Shown here: piece by piece, positions 45,765-55,567 of the stretch
Position numbering within the stretch: position 1 is the first letter of the stretch
How the letters are laid out: each line of letters begins with the position of its first letter
Source: an uncultured Gemmatimonadaceae bacterium
GTDB lineage: Bacteria > Gemmatimonadota > Gemmatimonadetes > Gemmatimonadales > Gemmatimonadaceae
DNA: 64,000 bases
Direction of reading: 5' to 3'
Assembly: GCA_963724885.1 (NCBI GenBank)
Contig: CAVRWG010000002.1
Span: 114,150-178,149 of the forward strand
Translations under genes and position numbers: made by a program
The notes under the pieces: generated by a model
Database searches by the model: none
Told to the model about the DNA's origin: nothing
What the model saw: only the letters and a program-made list of their open reading frames with translations

Positions 45765-46889
45765 ATGGCGCAGAACAAGGACTACTACGCAGTCCTCGGC
45801 GTCTCCGCGTCCGCGTCCCAGGACGAGATCAAGAAGCAGTATCGCAGGCTCGCCGCGAAGCACCATCCCGACAAGAACCAGAACGACGCCAAGGCCGCGG
45901 AGCGCTTCAAAGAGATCTCCGAGGCGTACACCGTCGTCGGCGATCCGGAGAAGCGGAAGCAGTACGACGAGATGCGCCGCCTGGGCGCGTTCGGCGGGTT
46001 CGGTGGGGCGCCCCGGGGCACTCGTCAGCCGGGCGCGGGTGCGCCTCCCGGAGGCTTCGGCGGGGGCGGGTTCCGTTTCGAGGAGGTGGACCTCGGCGGG
46101 CTTGGAGGGCTCGGCGACATCTTCAGCTCGATGTTCGGCACCGGCGGGCGCAAGACCGCCCAGCCGGAGCGCGGCCAGGACGTGGAGGTCACGCTCGAAG
46201 TCCCGTTCCGAACCGCGATCCAGGGCGGCAAGGTCAACATCGATCTCGAGGTCAACGAGGAGTGCCCCGTCTGCAAGGGAAGCGGGGGCGCGCCGGGAGC
46301 CAAGATGCAGACGTGCCCGGAGTGCGGCGGGCGCGGCTCGATCTCGTTCGGCCAGGGCGGGTTCGCGGTGCAACGCCCATGTCCCCAGTGCCTGGGACGC
46401 GGGCAGATACCGTCGGAGCGCTGCAAGAACTGCGGCGGGGCTGGCGAGGTTCGCGCGCGCCGCAAGATCGCCGTCACCGTTCCTGAAGGCACGGACACGG
46501 GCACGAAGATCCGGCTGCGCGGGCAGGGCGGGCACGGCTCCCGCAGCGGCCCCCCTGGCGACCTGCTCATCAACTTCGTGGTGCAGCCGGACCGCTTCTA
46601 CAAGCGCGAGGGCCTCGACCTGGTCGCGACCGTTCCGATCAACATCGCGCAGGCCACGCTGGGCTCCAAGGTCAACGTGAAGACGATCGACGGCAAGAAG
46701 GTGTCGATCCGGATTCCGGCGGGAACCCCATCAGGCAAGCGCTTTCGCGTGCGCGGGCAGGGCGTGAAGAAGGGCGAGCAGCGCGGCGATCTCATCGTCG
46801 AAGTGGAGATCGTCGTTCCCGAGAAGCTCACCGAAGAGCAGGAAAAGATGATGCGGGAGTTCGCCGAGGCCGGGGGTCTCAAGTACTAG
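45765..46889 (+). CDS. dnaJ: Chaperone DnaJ (type I: J-domain, G/F region, CxxCxGxG zinc finger x4)
   Basis: KDYYAVLGV...HPDKN J-domain, and four CxxCxGxG repeats (CPVCKGSG, CPECGGRG, CPQCLGRG, CKNCGGAG). Confidence 0.85.
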   Translation: MAQNKDYYAVLGVSASASQDEIKKQYRRLAAKHHPDKNQNDAKAAERFKEISEAYTVVGDPEKRKQYDEMRRLGAFGGFGGAPRGTRQPGAGAPPGGFGGGGFRFEEVDLGGLGGLGDIFSSMFGTGGRKTAQPERGQDVEVTLEVPFRTAIQGGKVNIDLEVNEECPVCKGSGGAPGAKMQTCPECGGRGSISFGQGGFAVQRPCPQCLGRGQIPSERCKNCGGAGEVRARRKIAVTVPEGTDTGTKIRLRGQGGHGSRSGPPGDLLINFVVQPDRFYKREGLDLVATVPINIAQATLGSKVNVKTIDGKKVSIRIPAGTPSGKRFRVRGQGVKKGEQRGDLIVEVEIVVPEKLTEEQEKMMREFAEAGGLKY

Positions 46890-46908
46890 CTGCCCACGCC
46901 GGCGACGC

Positions 46909-47460
46909 TCAGGGCTGCAACTGAACCTTCAAGGTTGTCAGCAGCTGCTGCTCGAGTGCGCTCTTGGACGTGCACGGGCGGTATTCTCCCGCGAAGGCCA
47001 CTGGCTTGGCCAAGGCGCTGACCCGCGTGGCAATGGTGGTCTTGGTCGTGTCCGATCTGGATCGCTGGAGCGTCGTCAGCACGGAAAGCCGGACTTCGTA
47101 CGAGTCCGCGTTCGGCCCGATCTGCGTGGTACCGCAGTCGATCAGACGCATGAGCGGCGTCTTGCCCAGTCTGCGATAGAGCTTCAGGTCTTCGTTGCCG
47201 ATCGCGTTCTGCTCGGCATCGAAGGTGCCGATGGGGATCTCGAGGAGGCCGTACACGGCAGGGAGTGCCTTCCAGACACGGTCGATCGGGACCCACAGCG
47301 TGTCCACCTTTGCTCCGCCGGACGACGACATCCTCAACCCGCTCGCGGAATTTCCCTGGCCGATGGTCACGCTCTGGGGCTCGGGGCTCCCGGCACGGGC
47401 CCCGCCCTGACTGCCGCAGGCCGTGAGAACGACTACCGCGACCGCCAAGCTTCGTTGCAT
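46909..47460 (-). CDS. Lipoprotein, hypothetical
   Basis: MQRSLAVAVVVLTACGS lipobox. Confidence 0.4.
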   Translation of the reverse strand: MQRSLAVAVVVLTACGSQGGARAGSPEPQSVTIGQGNSASGLRMSSSGGAKVDTLWVPIDRVWKALPAVYGLLEIPIGTFDAEQNAIGNEDLKLYRRLGKTPLMRLIDCGTTQIGPNADSYEVRLSVLTTLQRSRSDTTKTTIATRVSALAKPVAFAGEYRPCTSKSALEQQLLTTLKVQLQP

Positions 47461-47544
47461 CGCCGATCCCTCCGCCATGACCCTTGGTCCGTTGTGGTGA
47501 CACCGCGAACGCGACATGACAATGCCTCACGGCCCTGCGGCCGG

Positions 47545-48048
47545 CTAGGGTTGGGGTGCCGTTCGCGCTTGCCGCAGGACTGCCTGGATGAACGGACCCT
47601 TGTCCGCGAGGTACCGCTTGCGGTCATTCGCGTGCGCGATGGCGAGCTGCCGCTTGAGGATCTCGTACTCCAGCATCACGGTCGCGTTGGTGCGAAGGTA
47701 GTCGCGAAAGAGCAGGTGGTCGCGCCAGAGGGCGCCCGACCAGCTCACCAAGTGGACGTGATGCGACCGGGGGTTTCCCCGGCGAAAGTAGTCGCGGCCG
47801 CGTATCCCGTTCGAGCCCAAATGCTCGTAGCCGATTTCCTTGAGCGCCTGGATGTACGCGTCGCGCCTCGCGCGCGGTGGCACGCCTGCGAGGATGTCGA
47901 TGACAGGTTTTGCGGACAGGCCGGGCACGGCGGTGCTTCCGACATGCTCCACGCGTATTTCGAGGTCGTCGCAGACGCTCCGGATGCGATCCGCCTCGAC
48001 ACGGAACTCCTCCGGCCACAGCGGGTCGTACGCGGCAAGATAGACCAT
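47545..48048 (-). CDS. GrpB-family protein (UPF0157, nucleotidyltransferase-like)
   Basis: YDPLWPEEF...VEHVGSTAVPGLSAKPVIDIL, the GrpB signature. Confidence 0.7.
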   Translation of the reverse strand: MVYLAAYDPLWPEEFRVEADRIRSVCDDLEIRVEHVGSTAVPGLSAKPVIDILAGVPPRARRDAYIQALKEIGYEHLGSNGIRGRDYFRRGNPRSHHVHLVSWSGALWRDHLLFRDYLRTNATVMLEYEILKRQLAIAHANDRKRYLADKGPFIQAVLRQARTAPQP

Positions 48049-48066
48049 GGCTTAGAATACTGACGC

Positions 48067-49146
48067 ATGCATCCTGCCTTCACAGCCCGGCTCGTAACGT
48101 TCGCGGCCGCCGCGACGCTCGTGGCATGCGCCTCCAGAGGCGCAGGCGCGCCCCAGGGCGGGCCGACGTGGCCGCAGCAGCTGGCCTTCGAGTTCGCACG
48201 CATGCCCGACACAGTCCCCACGCGCTGGGGCGGCCTGATCGGCGAATACGGTCAGGATACGACACGCCGCTGGTACGTGCTCGAGCGCGAGCGGCGCCTC
48301 TGGGTTCTGGACCACCGCGGCAACTACGTGCCGCTCGCCGAGCGATCGGACTCCGTATTCGACGCCCCGTTGTCCACGGCCGCGGTGTCGGGGGAGCTGC
48401 GCTTCCGCCGCGACGGGACAGGCCGGGCCGTCGTGATCCAGGCCGGCGATGTCACGATGCCGCGGCGGAACATCGAGCCGCCACCGGGAGCCACACAGCT
48501 TCGTATTACGCCAGTCAGGGCGATCGAGGACTTGAGACGGGAGGCGCTGGCGGCCACACCGCCGGCCGAGACCGGATCCTTCAAGCAGCCGGACCTTGTG
48601 GAAATCCGCGCGCTGGACAGCACGATCCGTTTGGACATCCGGTACGCGACCGAGAACAATTTTCTCGGTACGCGCCTCTACGAGCAGCCGCGGGCGTTCC
48701 TGCAGCGTCCCGCCGCTGAAGCGCTGGTCCGGGCGCATCGCGCGCTGTCCCGGCTCGGCTACGGGCTGCTGGTCCACGACACCTACCGGCCCTGGTACGT
48801 GACCAGGGTGTTCTGGGATGCGACGCCCGACAGCCTGCGCTGGCTCGTGGCGAATCCGGCGCAGGGATCGAAGCACAATCGGGGCGCGGCCGTGGACCTC
48901 ACGCTCTTCGATGTCGAAAGCGGCAAGGTCGTGGAGATGACGAGCACGTACGACGAGAGCACCGGCCGCGCCAACGCGACGTATCCGGGCGGTTCAGCGC
49001 TGCAACGCTGGCATCGCGGCATGCTGCGCCGGGCGCTCGAGCACGAGGGATTCGCGGTGACTCCGCTCGAGTGGTGGCACTTCGACTACAAGGACTGGAA
49101 GAGCTACCCGATCGGCAACCAGCCCTTCGATCGGCTGACGCCCTGA
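48067..49146 (+). CDS. D-alanyl-D-alanine dipeptidase (M15D, VanX/DdpX-like) lipoprotein with N-terminal extension
   Basis: HNRGAAVDLTL...EWWHF zinc-ligand pattern of VanX-family enzymes, and a lipobox LVACAS. Confidence 0.75.
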   Translation: MHPAFTARLVTFAAAATLVACASRGAGAPQGGPTWPQQLAFEFARMPDTVPTRWGGLIGEYGQDTTRRWYVLERERRLWVLDHRGNYVPLAERSDSVFDAPLSTAAVSGELRFRRDGTGRAVVIQAGDVTMPRRNIEPPPGATQLRITPVRAIEDLRREALAATPPAETGSFKQPDLVEIRALDSTIRLDIRYATENNFLGTRLYEQPRAFLQRPAAEALVRAHRALSRLGYGLLVHDTYRPWYVTRVFWDATPDSLRWLVANPAQGSKHNRGAAVDLTLFDVESGKVVEMTSTYDESTGRANATYPGGSALQRWHRGMLRRALEHEGFAVTPLEWWHFDYKDWKSYPIGNQPFDRLTP

Positions 49147-49159
49147 GCCTCAAAGGCCC

Positions 49160-49330
49160 CTAACCGCCGAAGTCTATCGCGGATGACGCGGAGCACGCGG
49201 AAACAACACGCGGACCAGCCACTGCTGCTATTGGTTCTTGGCGAGCGAGCCCAGTCGCGCGAGTGAACTAGCAAGTTTTTGCAGGTCCGCGGCAGCTGTC
49301 CGCGTGCTCCGTGTCGTCCGCGATCAGAGT
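49160..49330. repeat. Intergenic palindromic repeat element, copy B (ACGCGGA x3 ... GCAGGTCCGCG ... TCCGCGT-like x3)
   Basis: ctatcgcggatgacgcggagcacgcggaaacaacacgcggacc ... tttttgcaggtccgcggcagctgtccgcgtgctccgtgtcgtccgcg, lying between convergent genes. Confidence 0.55.
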
Positions 49331-49349
49331 CAGCGCGAGAAAGCCAGGT

Positions 49350-50489
49350 TCAGGCCGCGAGGACCGGAAGGAGCGAACGCTGCCCGCGAGCGGATTCGAT
49401 GACGCCGCCGCCCAGTACGCGCTCGCCGTCGTAGAACACGACGCTCTGGCCGGGCGTAATCGCCGCCACGGGCTCGTCGAGCGCCAGCTCGACCTCGCAA
49501 TCGTCGGCTCGAATGATCTCCGCCGCAACCGCGGGGGCACGGTGCCGGACCTGGACCTGCACGTGACGTCCTACGTCTGACGTTTCACGTCCCACGTTCG
49601 ACGTTGGAGGTCCTCCGTCGGATGCCAGCCAGTTGACCTCGCGAGCCACGAGCCCGCGCCCCAGCAGCTCCTCGCGCGGCCCGATCACGACGGCCCGGTC
49701 CGAGGGACGAATCGCGACGACGAACATCGGCTCGCGGAAGCCGCCGGGCACGCCGCGGCGCTGCCCGATCGTGAACCGCGCATATCCGTCGTGCTCACCG
49801 ATCACCCTGCCGCTCGACAGCACGAATGGTCCGGCGCTGAGCGCCGGCGCGTCGGGGCCCAGCTTCTTGCGGATGATCTTCGTGTGGTCGCCGTCGGGCA
49901 CGAAGCAGATGTCCTGGCTCTCGACCTTCTCGGCCACGACCTCGAGCCCGAGTCGGTGCGCCACCGCTCGCGTCTCGGCCTTCGTCTGAGCCCCGACCGG
50001 GAGCAGCATGCGCGACAGCACCGCCCGATCGATGCCCCACAGGAAATACGACTGGTCCTTGGAGCGGTCCACGCCGCGATGCAACTCGCTCGCGATCACG
50101 CGGGCGTAGTGGCCGGTGGCGATGAACCGCGCGTCGATGGAATCCGCCTTCTTCACCAGGTCGCGGAACTTGGTGAACGTGTTGCACCGCACACAGGGGA
50201 TCGGTGTGCGGCCGCGCGAGTATTCGTCCACGAAGTTGTCCACCACGTCGTGGCCGAACGCGCTCTCGAGATTGAGTACGTAGTGCGGCACGCCGAGCTG
50301 CTGGCACACGCGCCGCGCGTCGTTGATCGAGTCGAGCGAGCAGCACGGACGGTCGGGCACGTCCTCTCCGTAACAAAAGAGCTTCATCGTTGCGCCCACG
50401 ACGTCGTAGCCCTGCTCGACGAGCAGCGCCGCGGCGACGGACGAATCCACGCCACCGGACATCGCGACGAGAACGCGATCCTTAGTCAT
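49350..50489 (-). CDS. mnmA: tRNA-specific 2-thiouridylase MnmA
   Basis: VLVAMSGGVDSSV PP-loop and the catalytic cysteines in CCS.. and C..C contexts, across 379 aa. Confidence 0.85.
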   Translation of the reverse strand: MTKDRVLVAMSGGVDSSVAAALLVEQGYDVVGATMKLFCYGEDVPDRPCCSLDSINDARRVCQQLGVPHYVLNLESAFGHDVVDNFVDEYSRGRTPIPCVRCNTFTKFRDLVKKADSIDARFIATGHYARVIASELHRGVDRSKDQSYFLWGIDRAVLSRMLLPVGAQTKAETRAVAHRLGLEVVAEKVESQDICFVPDGDHTKIIRKKLGPDAPALSAGPFVLSSGRVIGEHDGYARFTIGQRRGVPGGFREPMFVVAIRPSDRAVVIGPREELLGRGLVAREVNWLASDGGPPTSNVGRETSDVGRHVQVQVRHRAPAVAAEIIRADDCEVELALDEPVAAITPGQSVVFYDGERVLGGGVIESARGQRSLLPVLAA

Positions 50490-50522
50490 GCTGAGCGAAG
50501 CGAAGCATTTGCAGTTTCGACC

Positions 50523-51689
50523 TCAGGACGGCACCGTGGCCATCCGGCGCGCCTTGTTCACGAGCTTCGCGAACACATCCACGACGCGGTCCACGGATTC
50601 CGCGTCGCTCATGGAACCGAGGCTCATGCGGATCGCGGCGCTGGTCAGATCGCGGGTAACGCCGATCGCCGACAGCACATGCGAGGGGCTCGAGCTTCCG
50701 CTCTGGCACGCCGATCCGCCGGAGCAGGCGACGCCCTGAAGGTCGAGGGCCATCAGCATGGATTCCGTGTCCGTGCCGGGGGCCGAGACGTTGACGATGT
50801 GGGGCGCCCGGTGCCTTGCGCCGGCGCCGTGAATCACCGCGTCCGGCACACGCTCGCGGATCCCGCGCTCGAGACGCTCCCGCAGCGAGCGCAGCCGCTC
50901 GCCCTCTGTCTCTCGCTCGGCCGTTGCCAGCTCCGCGGCCCGCGCCAGTCCGACCGCGGCCGCGACGTTCTCGGTGCCGGGCCGCTTGCCGCGCTCCTGC
51001 GATCCGCCGAAGAAGAGCGACTCGAGCACGGTGCCGCGCCGCACGAACATCGCCCCGCACCCCTTGGGCGCGCCGATCTTGTGGCCGCTGATCGCGAGCG
51101 CGTCGAACGGCACCCTCCGGGCATCGATCTCCAGCTTCCCGAATGCCTGGACCGCGTCCGTGTGAAAGAGCGCGCCCCGCGACTTCGCCACCGCCGCCAA
51201 CTCGCCGACCGGCTGGATGGTGCCGATCTCGTTGTTCAACCACATCACCGACACCACCGCAACGTCCGGGCGCGTCAGGGTCTCGAAGGAGGCCAGATCG
51301 ACCACGCCGTTGGCATCGACGCGACAAAGACGCTCCTCGGCGCCCTCGCGCACGGCCTGATGCACCGCGCCAAGAACCGCCTTGTGCTCGATGGGCGTCG
51401 AGACCACCGCGTTGCGGCCTTCGCCGCGGCGGGCGCGCCAGGCGCCCAGGATGGCGATATTGTCGGCCTCGGTACCGCCCGACGTGAAGCACACCTCGTC
51501 CGGCCGGGCGCCGAGGCAATTGGCCAGCTTCTCCCGGGCCTCATCCAGCGCCGTGCGCGCTTCGCGCCCCCAGCGGTGCAGGCTAGAGGGGTTCCCGAAA
51601 CGGGGTCCGTAGAACGGCGCCATGGCCTCCACGACCTCGGGTCGCACCGGGGTCGTGGCTGCGTGGTCCATGTAGATAGGCTCAGGCAT
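50523..51689 (-). CDS. iscS: Cysteine desulfurase (NifS/IscS class V PLP enzyme)
   Basis: YMDHAATTP, SGHKIGAPKG (PLP lysine), and the catalytic SACQSGS loop near the C-terminus. Confidence 0.8.
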   Translation of the reverse strand: MPEPIYMDHAATTPVRPEVVEAMAPFYGPRFGNPSSLHRWGREARTALDEAREKLANCLGARPDEVCFTSGGTEADNIAILGAWRARRGEGRNAVVSTPIEHKAVLGAVHQAVREGAEERLCRVDANGVVDLASFETLTRPDVAVVSVMWLNNEIGTIQPVGELAAVAKSRGALFHTDAVQAFGKLEIDARRVPFDALAISGHKIGAPKGCGAMFVRRGTVLESLFFGGSQERGKRPGTENVAAAVGLARAAELATAERETEGERLRSLRERLERGIRERVPDAVIHGAGARHRAPHIVNVSAPGTDTESMLMALDLQGVACSGGSACQSGSSSPSHVLSAIGVTRDLTSAAIRMSLGSMSDAESVDRVVDVFAKLVNKARRMATVPS

Positions 51690-51876
51690 GGCAACAATAT
51701 ACGACGTTTTGGGGCTGCTCTGGTAATACCGATTTGGGCGGAAGAGGCACTCGAGACGCCTGCCGTCGGACGTCTGACGACGGGAGCCGATCAGGGAACT
51801 TTCGACCGGCCGCGCTCGTCATTAGCGTAGGTCCAGCCGCAGTTCCTTCCCCATAGACCGACGTCCGACGACCAGA

Positions 51877-52627
51877 GTGCTCATCCTACGAAGCGCGCTA
51901 TTACTAGCGTTCCTTTCCTCGTCGGCGGCGGCCCAGATCTTCGGCTCCCGGCCCAACAAGGCGTCAGACCAGTGGATTCTCAACCTGTCCGCTCTGGCCG
52001 GCATCCCCGTCGGGGACTTCCGCAAGGACGAGAAGCTCGGCGGCGGGCTGGAAATCGCGGTCGGGTACCAGCCATTCCGACGCCAGCCGCTCGTCCTCCG
52101 CGGCAGCCTGGGCGGGCTGATGTATGAGCGGTACAACAACGACTACCATGGCGTCGAGGTGTGCGACTTCTTCGGCTTCAACTGCACGGAGGAGATCCTG
52201 TTCTACGACTCGCAGAATCACTACATGTCGTTTGTCCAGGCGGGACCGGAGATCATGGCGACCGACGGCACGTGGCGCCCGTACGCGTACGCCCTGACCG
52301 GCTTCACCTTCTTCAACAGCACGGTGGCGTTCGGTGATGCGCGGGTCGTCCTCGTCCAGTACCAGAAGTCTCTTTTCGTCGCGCAACTTCTCGACCAGCT
52401 ACGCTCTCGGGGTGCGCCGGGTGACCTCGAACTTCGGGCGCGAAGGGGGAGTGGACATTTCCGTCCGCTTCACGCGCAACGCCAAGGCGCGGTACCTCAC
52501 GGAAAAGGGCGTCTACCGCGACGACAACGGCAGCTACGCCATCTCGCCGCGCGCCGGTGCTGCCAACATGGTCTTCATCCAGATCGGCTTCACCGGCGGT
52601 CCATTCGTCAACTGGAACGAGCGCTAG
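51877..52627 (+). CDS. Outer-membrane beta-barrel-like protein; apparent frameshift near 52350 at a T-run
   Basis: A signal peptide and alternating-hydrophobic beta strands in frame 1 (51877..) continue in the frame of track ORF 52334..52627. The frame is lost around ctcttttcg. Confidence 0.35.
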
Positions 52628-52673
52628 TCGCCATGACCCGAGCGCTCTTCGTGATCCCGAGCGCTCGTCGCCG

Positions 52674-53966
52674 TCATCCCGAGCGCAGCGAGGGATCCGC
52701 CGTTGTGACGTACTTCCTGACCGCGGTCACGACCCGGTCCATCTCGTCCATCGTGTTGTAGAAGTGCGGCGATAGGCGCACGCCGGGACGCGCCGTTCCG
52801 CCGGACGCGGCGCAGGCGATCCGGTCCTTCTCGTACAGGGTGGCGGCGAGCTTCCGCGGGTCCAGCGCCCCGGGCTTGAAGACAATGATGGCCGCCGAAC
52901 GCGCGGCGTCCGGGTTCGTCCAGAGCGTCACTCCGTCGATGCGCTGGAGCTGCGTGGCGAGGTGCGTCGCCAGTTGCCGCGCGCGTTTCTCGATGGCCGC
53001 GCGGCCGATTTCGTCCTGGAGCTTCAGCGCCGCGCCCAGCGTGGCGAGCGCCGCCTCGTCGCGCTGGCCGAACGCTTCGTGCGTGCGGGAGATCCCGACC
53101 GCGCCGCCGTAGAGGCTCACGATGCTGGGCGCGATGCGGTCGTGCACTTCGCGGTCCACGTACAGGACGCCGATCTCCTTCGGAGCGCAGGGCCATTTGT
53201 GCGCCGAGCCAGAATAGAAGTGCGGCCGCATCTGGGTCAGGTTGACGTCGAGGACGCCGAACGATTGCGCGCCGTCCACCAGCGCGAACACGCCACGCTC
53301 GCGCGCCACGCGGCAGAGGTCCGCGACAGGCAGCATGTCGCCCATCGTGTTGGTGACGTGGGTGACCGCGAGCACGCGGGTTCTCGGCGTGATCGCTCGC
53401 GTGAATGCCTCGACGTAGGCGGCCGGCCCGGGATGCGGGTTCGTCACCGCGACCTCGACGACCGTGAACCCGAACCGCTTCGCCTTCTCGCGCCAGGCGT
53501 TCAGGTTGCTCGGGTGGTTGTCGGCGAAGATCACCACTTCGTCGCCCGGCGAGAGCTGGAGCCCGCTCGAGACGAGGTTGTTCGCCTCGCTGGTGTTGCG
53601 CGTGATGATGATCTCTTCCGGCGTGACCTGAAGTGCGCGGGCCACGAGGCGGCGGGCCTCCTCGCGTCCCTCGGTCAGCTTCGCCCGGCTCGCCGAAGAC
53701 GGGTTGCCGTCGAGGAAGCGCGTGTTGCGCTCCAGCGCCTCGATGACCGGGAGGGACGTGGGGCAGAGATTGGCCGCGTTCACGAACGCGAAGTCCGGCG
53801 GCATCAGGAACCGGGCGCGAACCTCCTTCCAGAACTTCTCGTCGGGCTCCGTGGGCGTCGGCGGCAGCGGCGTTCCGATGAGGCGCATCGGAAGGCCCGG
53901 CAGGAAAGCCGCCGAGCCGGTGAGCGCGAGAAGCCGGGTAAAGTCGCGTCGCGAAACAGCGGTCAT
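52674..53966 (-). CDS. Class V aminotransferase-fold PLP-dependent enzyme with Tat (twin-arginine) signal
   Basis: Internal start MTAVSRRDFTRLLALTGSAAFLPG (the RRDF Tat motif) and SGSAHKWPCAPKEIGVLYV (PLP-lysine region). Its start overlaps the stop of the TDO-like frame by ATGA. Confidence 0.6.
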   Translation of the reverse strand: MTAVSRRDFTRLLALTGSAAFLPGLPMRLIGTPLPPTPTEPDEKFWKEVRARFLMPPDFAFVNAANLCPTSLPVIEALERNTRFLDGNPSSASRAKLTEGREEARRLVARALQVTPEEIIITRNTSEANNLVSSGLQLSPGDEVVIFADNHPSNLNAWREKAKRFGFTVVEVAVTNPHPGPAAYVEAFTRAITPRTRVLAVTHVTNTMGDMLPVADLCRVARERGVFALVDGAQSFGVLDVNLTQMRPHFYSGSAHKWPCAPKEIGVLYVDREVHDRIAPSIVSLYGGAVGISRTHEAFGQRDEAALATLGAALKLQDEIGRAAIEKRARQLATHLATQLQRIDGVTLWTNPDAARSAAIIVFKPGALDPRKLAATLYEKDRIACAASGGTARPGVRLSPHFYNTMDEMDRVVTAVRKYVTTADPSLRSG

Positions 53967-54728
53967 GCAGCGTCGACTCGCAGGCGTAGCGTCGTTGAAG
54001 AACTTCGCCCGCACTTCGGCGAGCTTCGGGAAGTAGCGAATGCTCGTGGTGCGATGCAGGAAGCTTGCGCCCTTGGAGCCACCCGTACCAGTGGTGCCCG
54101 GGCCCAGCATGCGCTCCACGAGCTGGGCGTGCTGAAAACGCCACTGTCCGAACTCCATCTCGTACTCCAGCAGCGCTTCGGCGATGAAGAAGTGCAGCTT
54201 CGGGCCCGGGCCGAGGTACAGCTGGTCGAGCGACGTGCCCTCCTGTCTGCAGAAACTCGAGGAACATGTCCTGCAGGGACGGACGGTCGAGCCACCGCTT
54301 GATGCTCGGCCGGGATCGCGCCCTGCTCCTCGAGCAGCTCGACGAACCACGGCTCGCGCAGTCCCGACGCCGCTTCGATGGCGCGGAACTGCATGCTCTG
54401 CGATCCGCTGGACGTGCCGAGGTTGGCGCGGAACGCCGCGAAGTGCTGCGGCGGCAGCAGCGCGAGCGACGCCAGCTGCGCCGACACGATGCGCATGATG
54501 CCGTTCACGCGCTGGAGCTGCCAGAGCGCGAGCCCGGCGTCGCGCCTCGTGAACGCGCCGGCGAGCGTGTCGAGGTCGCGCAGCAGCACCTTGAACCACA
54601 GCTCGCTCGACTGGTGCACGACGATGAAGAGCAGCTCGTCCGGGTGCTCCGGGGCTGGAGCGCGGGCGCTGGAGCGTCAGCAGCTCGTCGAGCGCCAGGT
54701 AGCTGGGGTAGGTGACTTCGTCGGTCAA
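53963..54728 (-). pseudogene. kynA: Tryptophan 2,3-dioxygenase (kynA-like) interrupted by at least two frame changes
   Basis: TDO signatures sit in three different frames: YLALDELLTLQ (N-terminus, frame of 54728), HQSSELWFKVLLRDL...SGSQSMQFRAIE (frame of track ORF 53963..54619), and LYLGPGPKLHFFIAEALLEYEMEFGQWRF (back in the first frame). A tandem duplication-like sequence at about 54640 (ggagcgcgggcgctggagcg) and an odd segment at 54245-54300 coincide with the breaks. Confidence 0.55.
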
Positions 54729-55462
54729 AAGGTCGAGACCTCGAGCGCGGCGATGTCGTCCACGCGCATCGTTTCCGTGGTGAAGAACGGCTCGCCGTAC
54801 CGCGCGCGGATCATCGAGCCGTAGTAGGCCGAGTAGTGCCGAATCGCGTCGTACAGCGGCTCGCCGTTGGGGTACACCTCTCCCGCCTGCGTCGCGCCCC
54901 CGAACTGCGTCTCGAAGCAGCGGATCGCCGCGATCTTCTCGTCGAACTCGTCGGAGATGTCCACGACGAACGTCGGCTTCTCGAAGTCCTGCCGGAAGCT
55001 GACGCAGTGGACGACCTTGTGCGGCCGGTGCTTGGGGACGTCTGGCGCGACCTTCGCGAGCCCCGCGATGAAGCAGGCGTCGCGCACCAGCTCGGCGGTG
55101 ACGCGATGGTCCGGATGCCGTCCCTGACGCGCCGGCGCGATCACGACGCGCGGCTTGAACCGCCGGATCGCCCGCGCCACGAGCTCGCGCGTGGCGGGTC
55201 GTTGACGATACCGGCGTCCGGCAGGCCGAGATTCTCGCGCGCCGAGAGCTTCATGATGGTTGCGGCTTTCGCCGCTTCCTCGCGCGCGACTCTTCGCGTC
55301 GCCCTTCGTGCCCATCTCGCCGGCGGTGAGATCGATGACCGCCGTCTTGCGCCCCTGCTTGGCCGCCTTGATCAGCGTCCCGGCGCAGGTGAGCTCGACG
55401 TCGTCTCGATGCGCGGCGATGGCGAGGAGATCGATCATGCAGAGAGAGAAGGCGGAAGGCAA
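54725..55462 (-). CDS. PIG-L/LmbE-family N-acetylglucosaminyl deacetylase (BshB1-like); two compensating frameshifts at about 55190-55275
   Basis: MIDLLAIAAHRDDVELTCAGTLIKAA is the family signature. An internal stretch reads correctly (EEAAKAATIMKLSARENLGLPDAGIVNDP) only in a shifted frame, and the original frame then resumes. Confidence 0.55.
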   Translation of the reverse strand: MPSAFSLCMIDLLAIAAHRDDVELTCAGTLIKAAKQGRKTAVIDLTAGEMGTKGDAKSRARGSGESRNHHEALGARESRPAGRRYRQRPATRELVARAIRRFKPRVVIAPARQGRHPDHRVTAELVRDACFIAGLAKVAPDVPKHRPHKVVHCVSFRQDFEKPTFVVDISDEFDEKIAAIRCFETQFGGATQAGEVYPNGEPLYDAIRHYSAYYGSMIRARYGEPFFTTETMRVDDIAALEVSTF

Positions 55463-55500
55463 AAAGGCGGAAGGCAGAGGGAATGCAGAATTGAGAATGC
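55441..55500. repeat. Left inverted repeat flanking four-helix-bundle cassette 1 (AGAAGGCGGAAGGCA-type purine-rich units)
   Basis: cagagagagaaggcggaaggcaaaaaggcggaaggcagagggaatgcagaattgagaatg is the imperfect reverse complement of 55937-55994. Confidence 0.6.
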
Positions 55501-55567
55501 GGTTGCGCTCGAATGATGATGTGAGGTGCCTCCAGCGCGTGCAGAGTGATAGCTAGGGAGGAGGCAT

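Noticed and set aside
49791-51830. 679-aa plus-strand ORF covering mnmA and iscS
   Set aside because: Antisense shadow ORF. Both minus-strand genes carry diagnostic motifs.
52624-54302. 547-aa minus ORF and 446-aa plus ORF across the aminotransferase/kynA region
   Set aside because: Compositionally biased. The PLP-enzyme and TDO motifs are in other frames.
52674-54728. Reading the 684-aa ORF as a genuine TDO-aminotransferase fusion protein
   Set aside because: The Tat signal (SRRDF...) would be internal and non-functional, and the TDO part itself needs two frame changes. It is more likely two genes with kynA disrupted.
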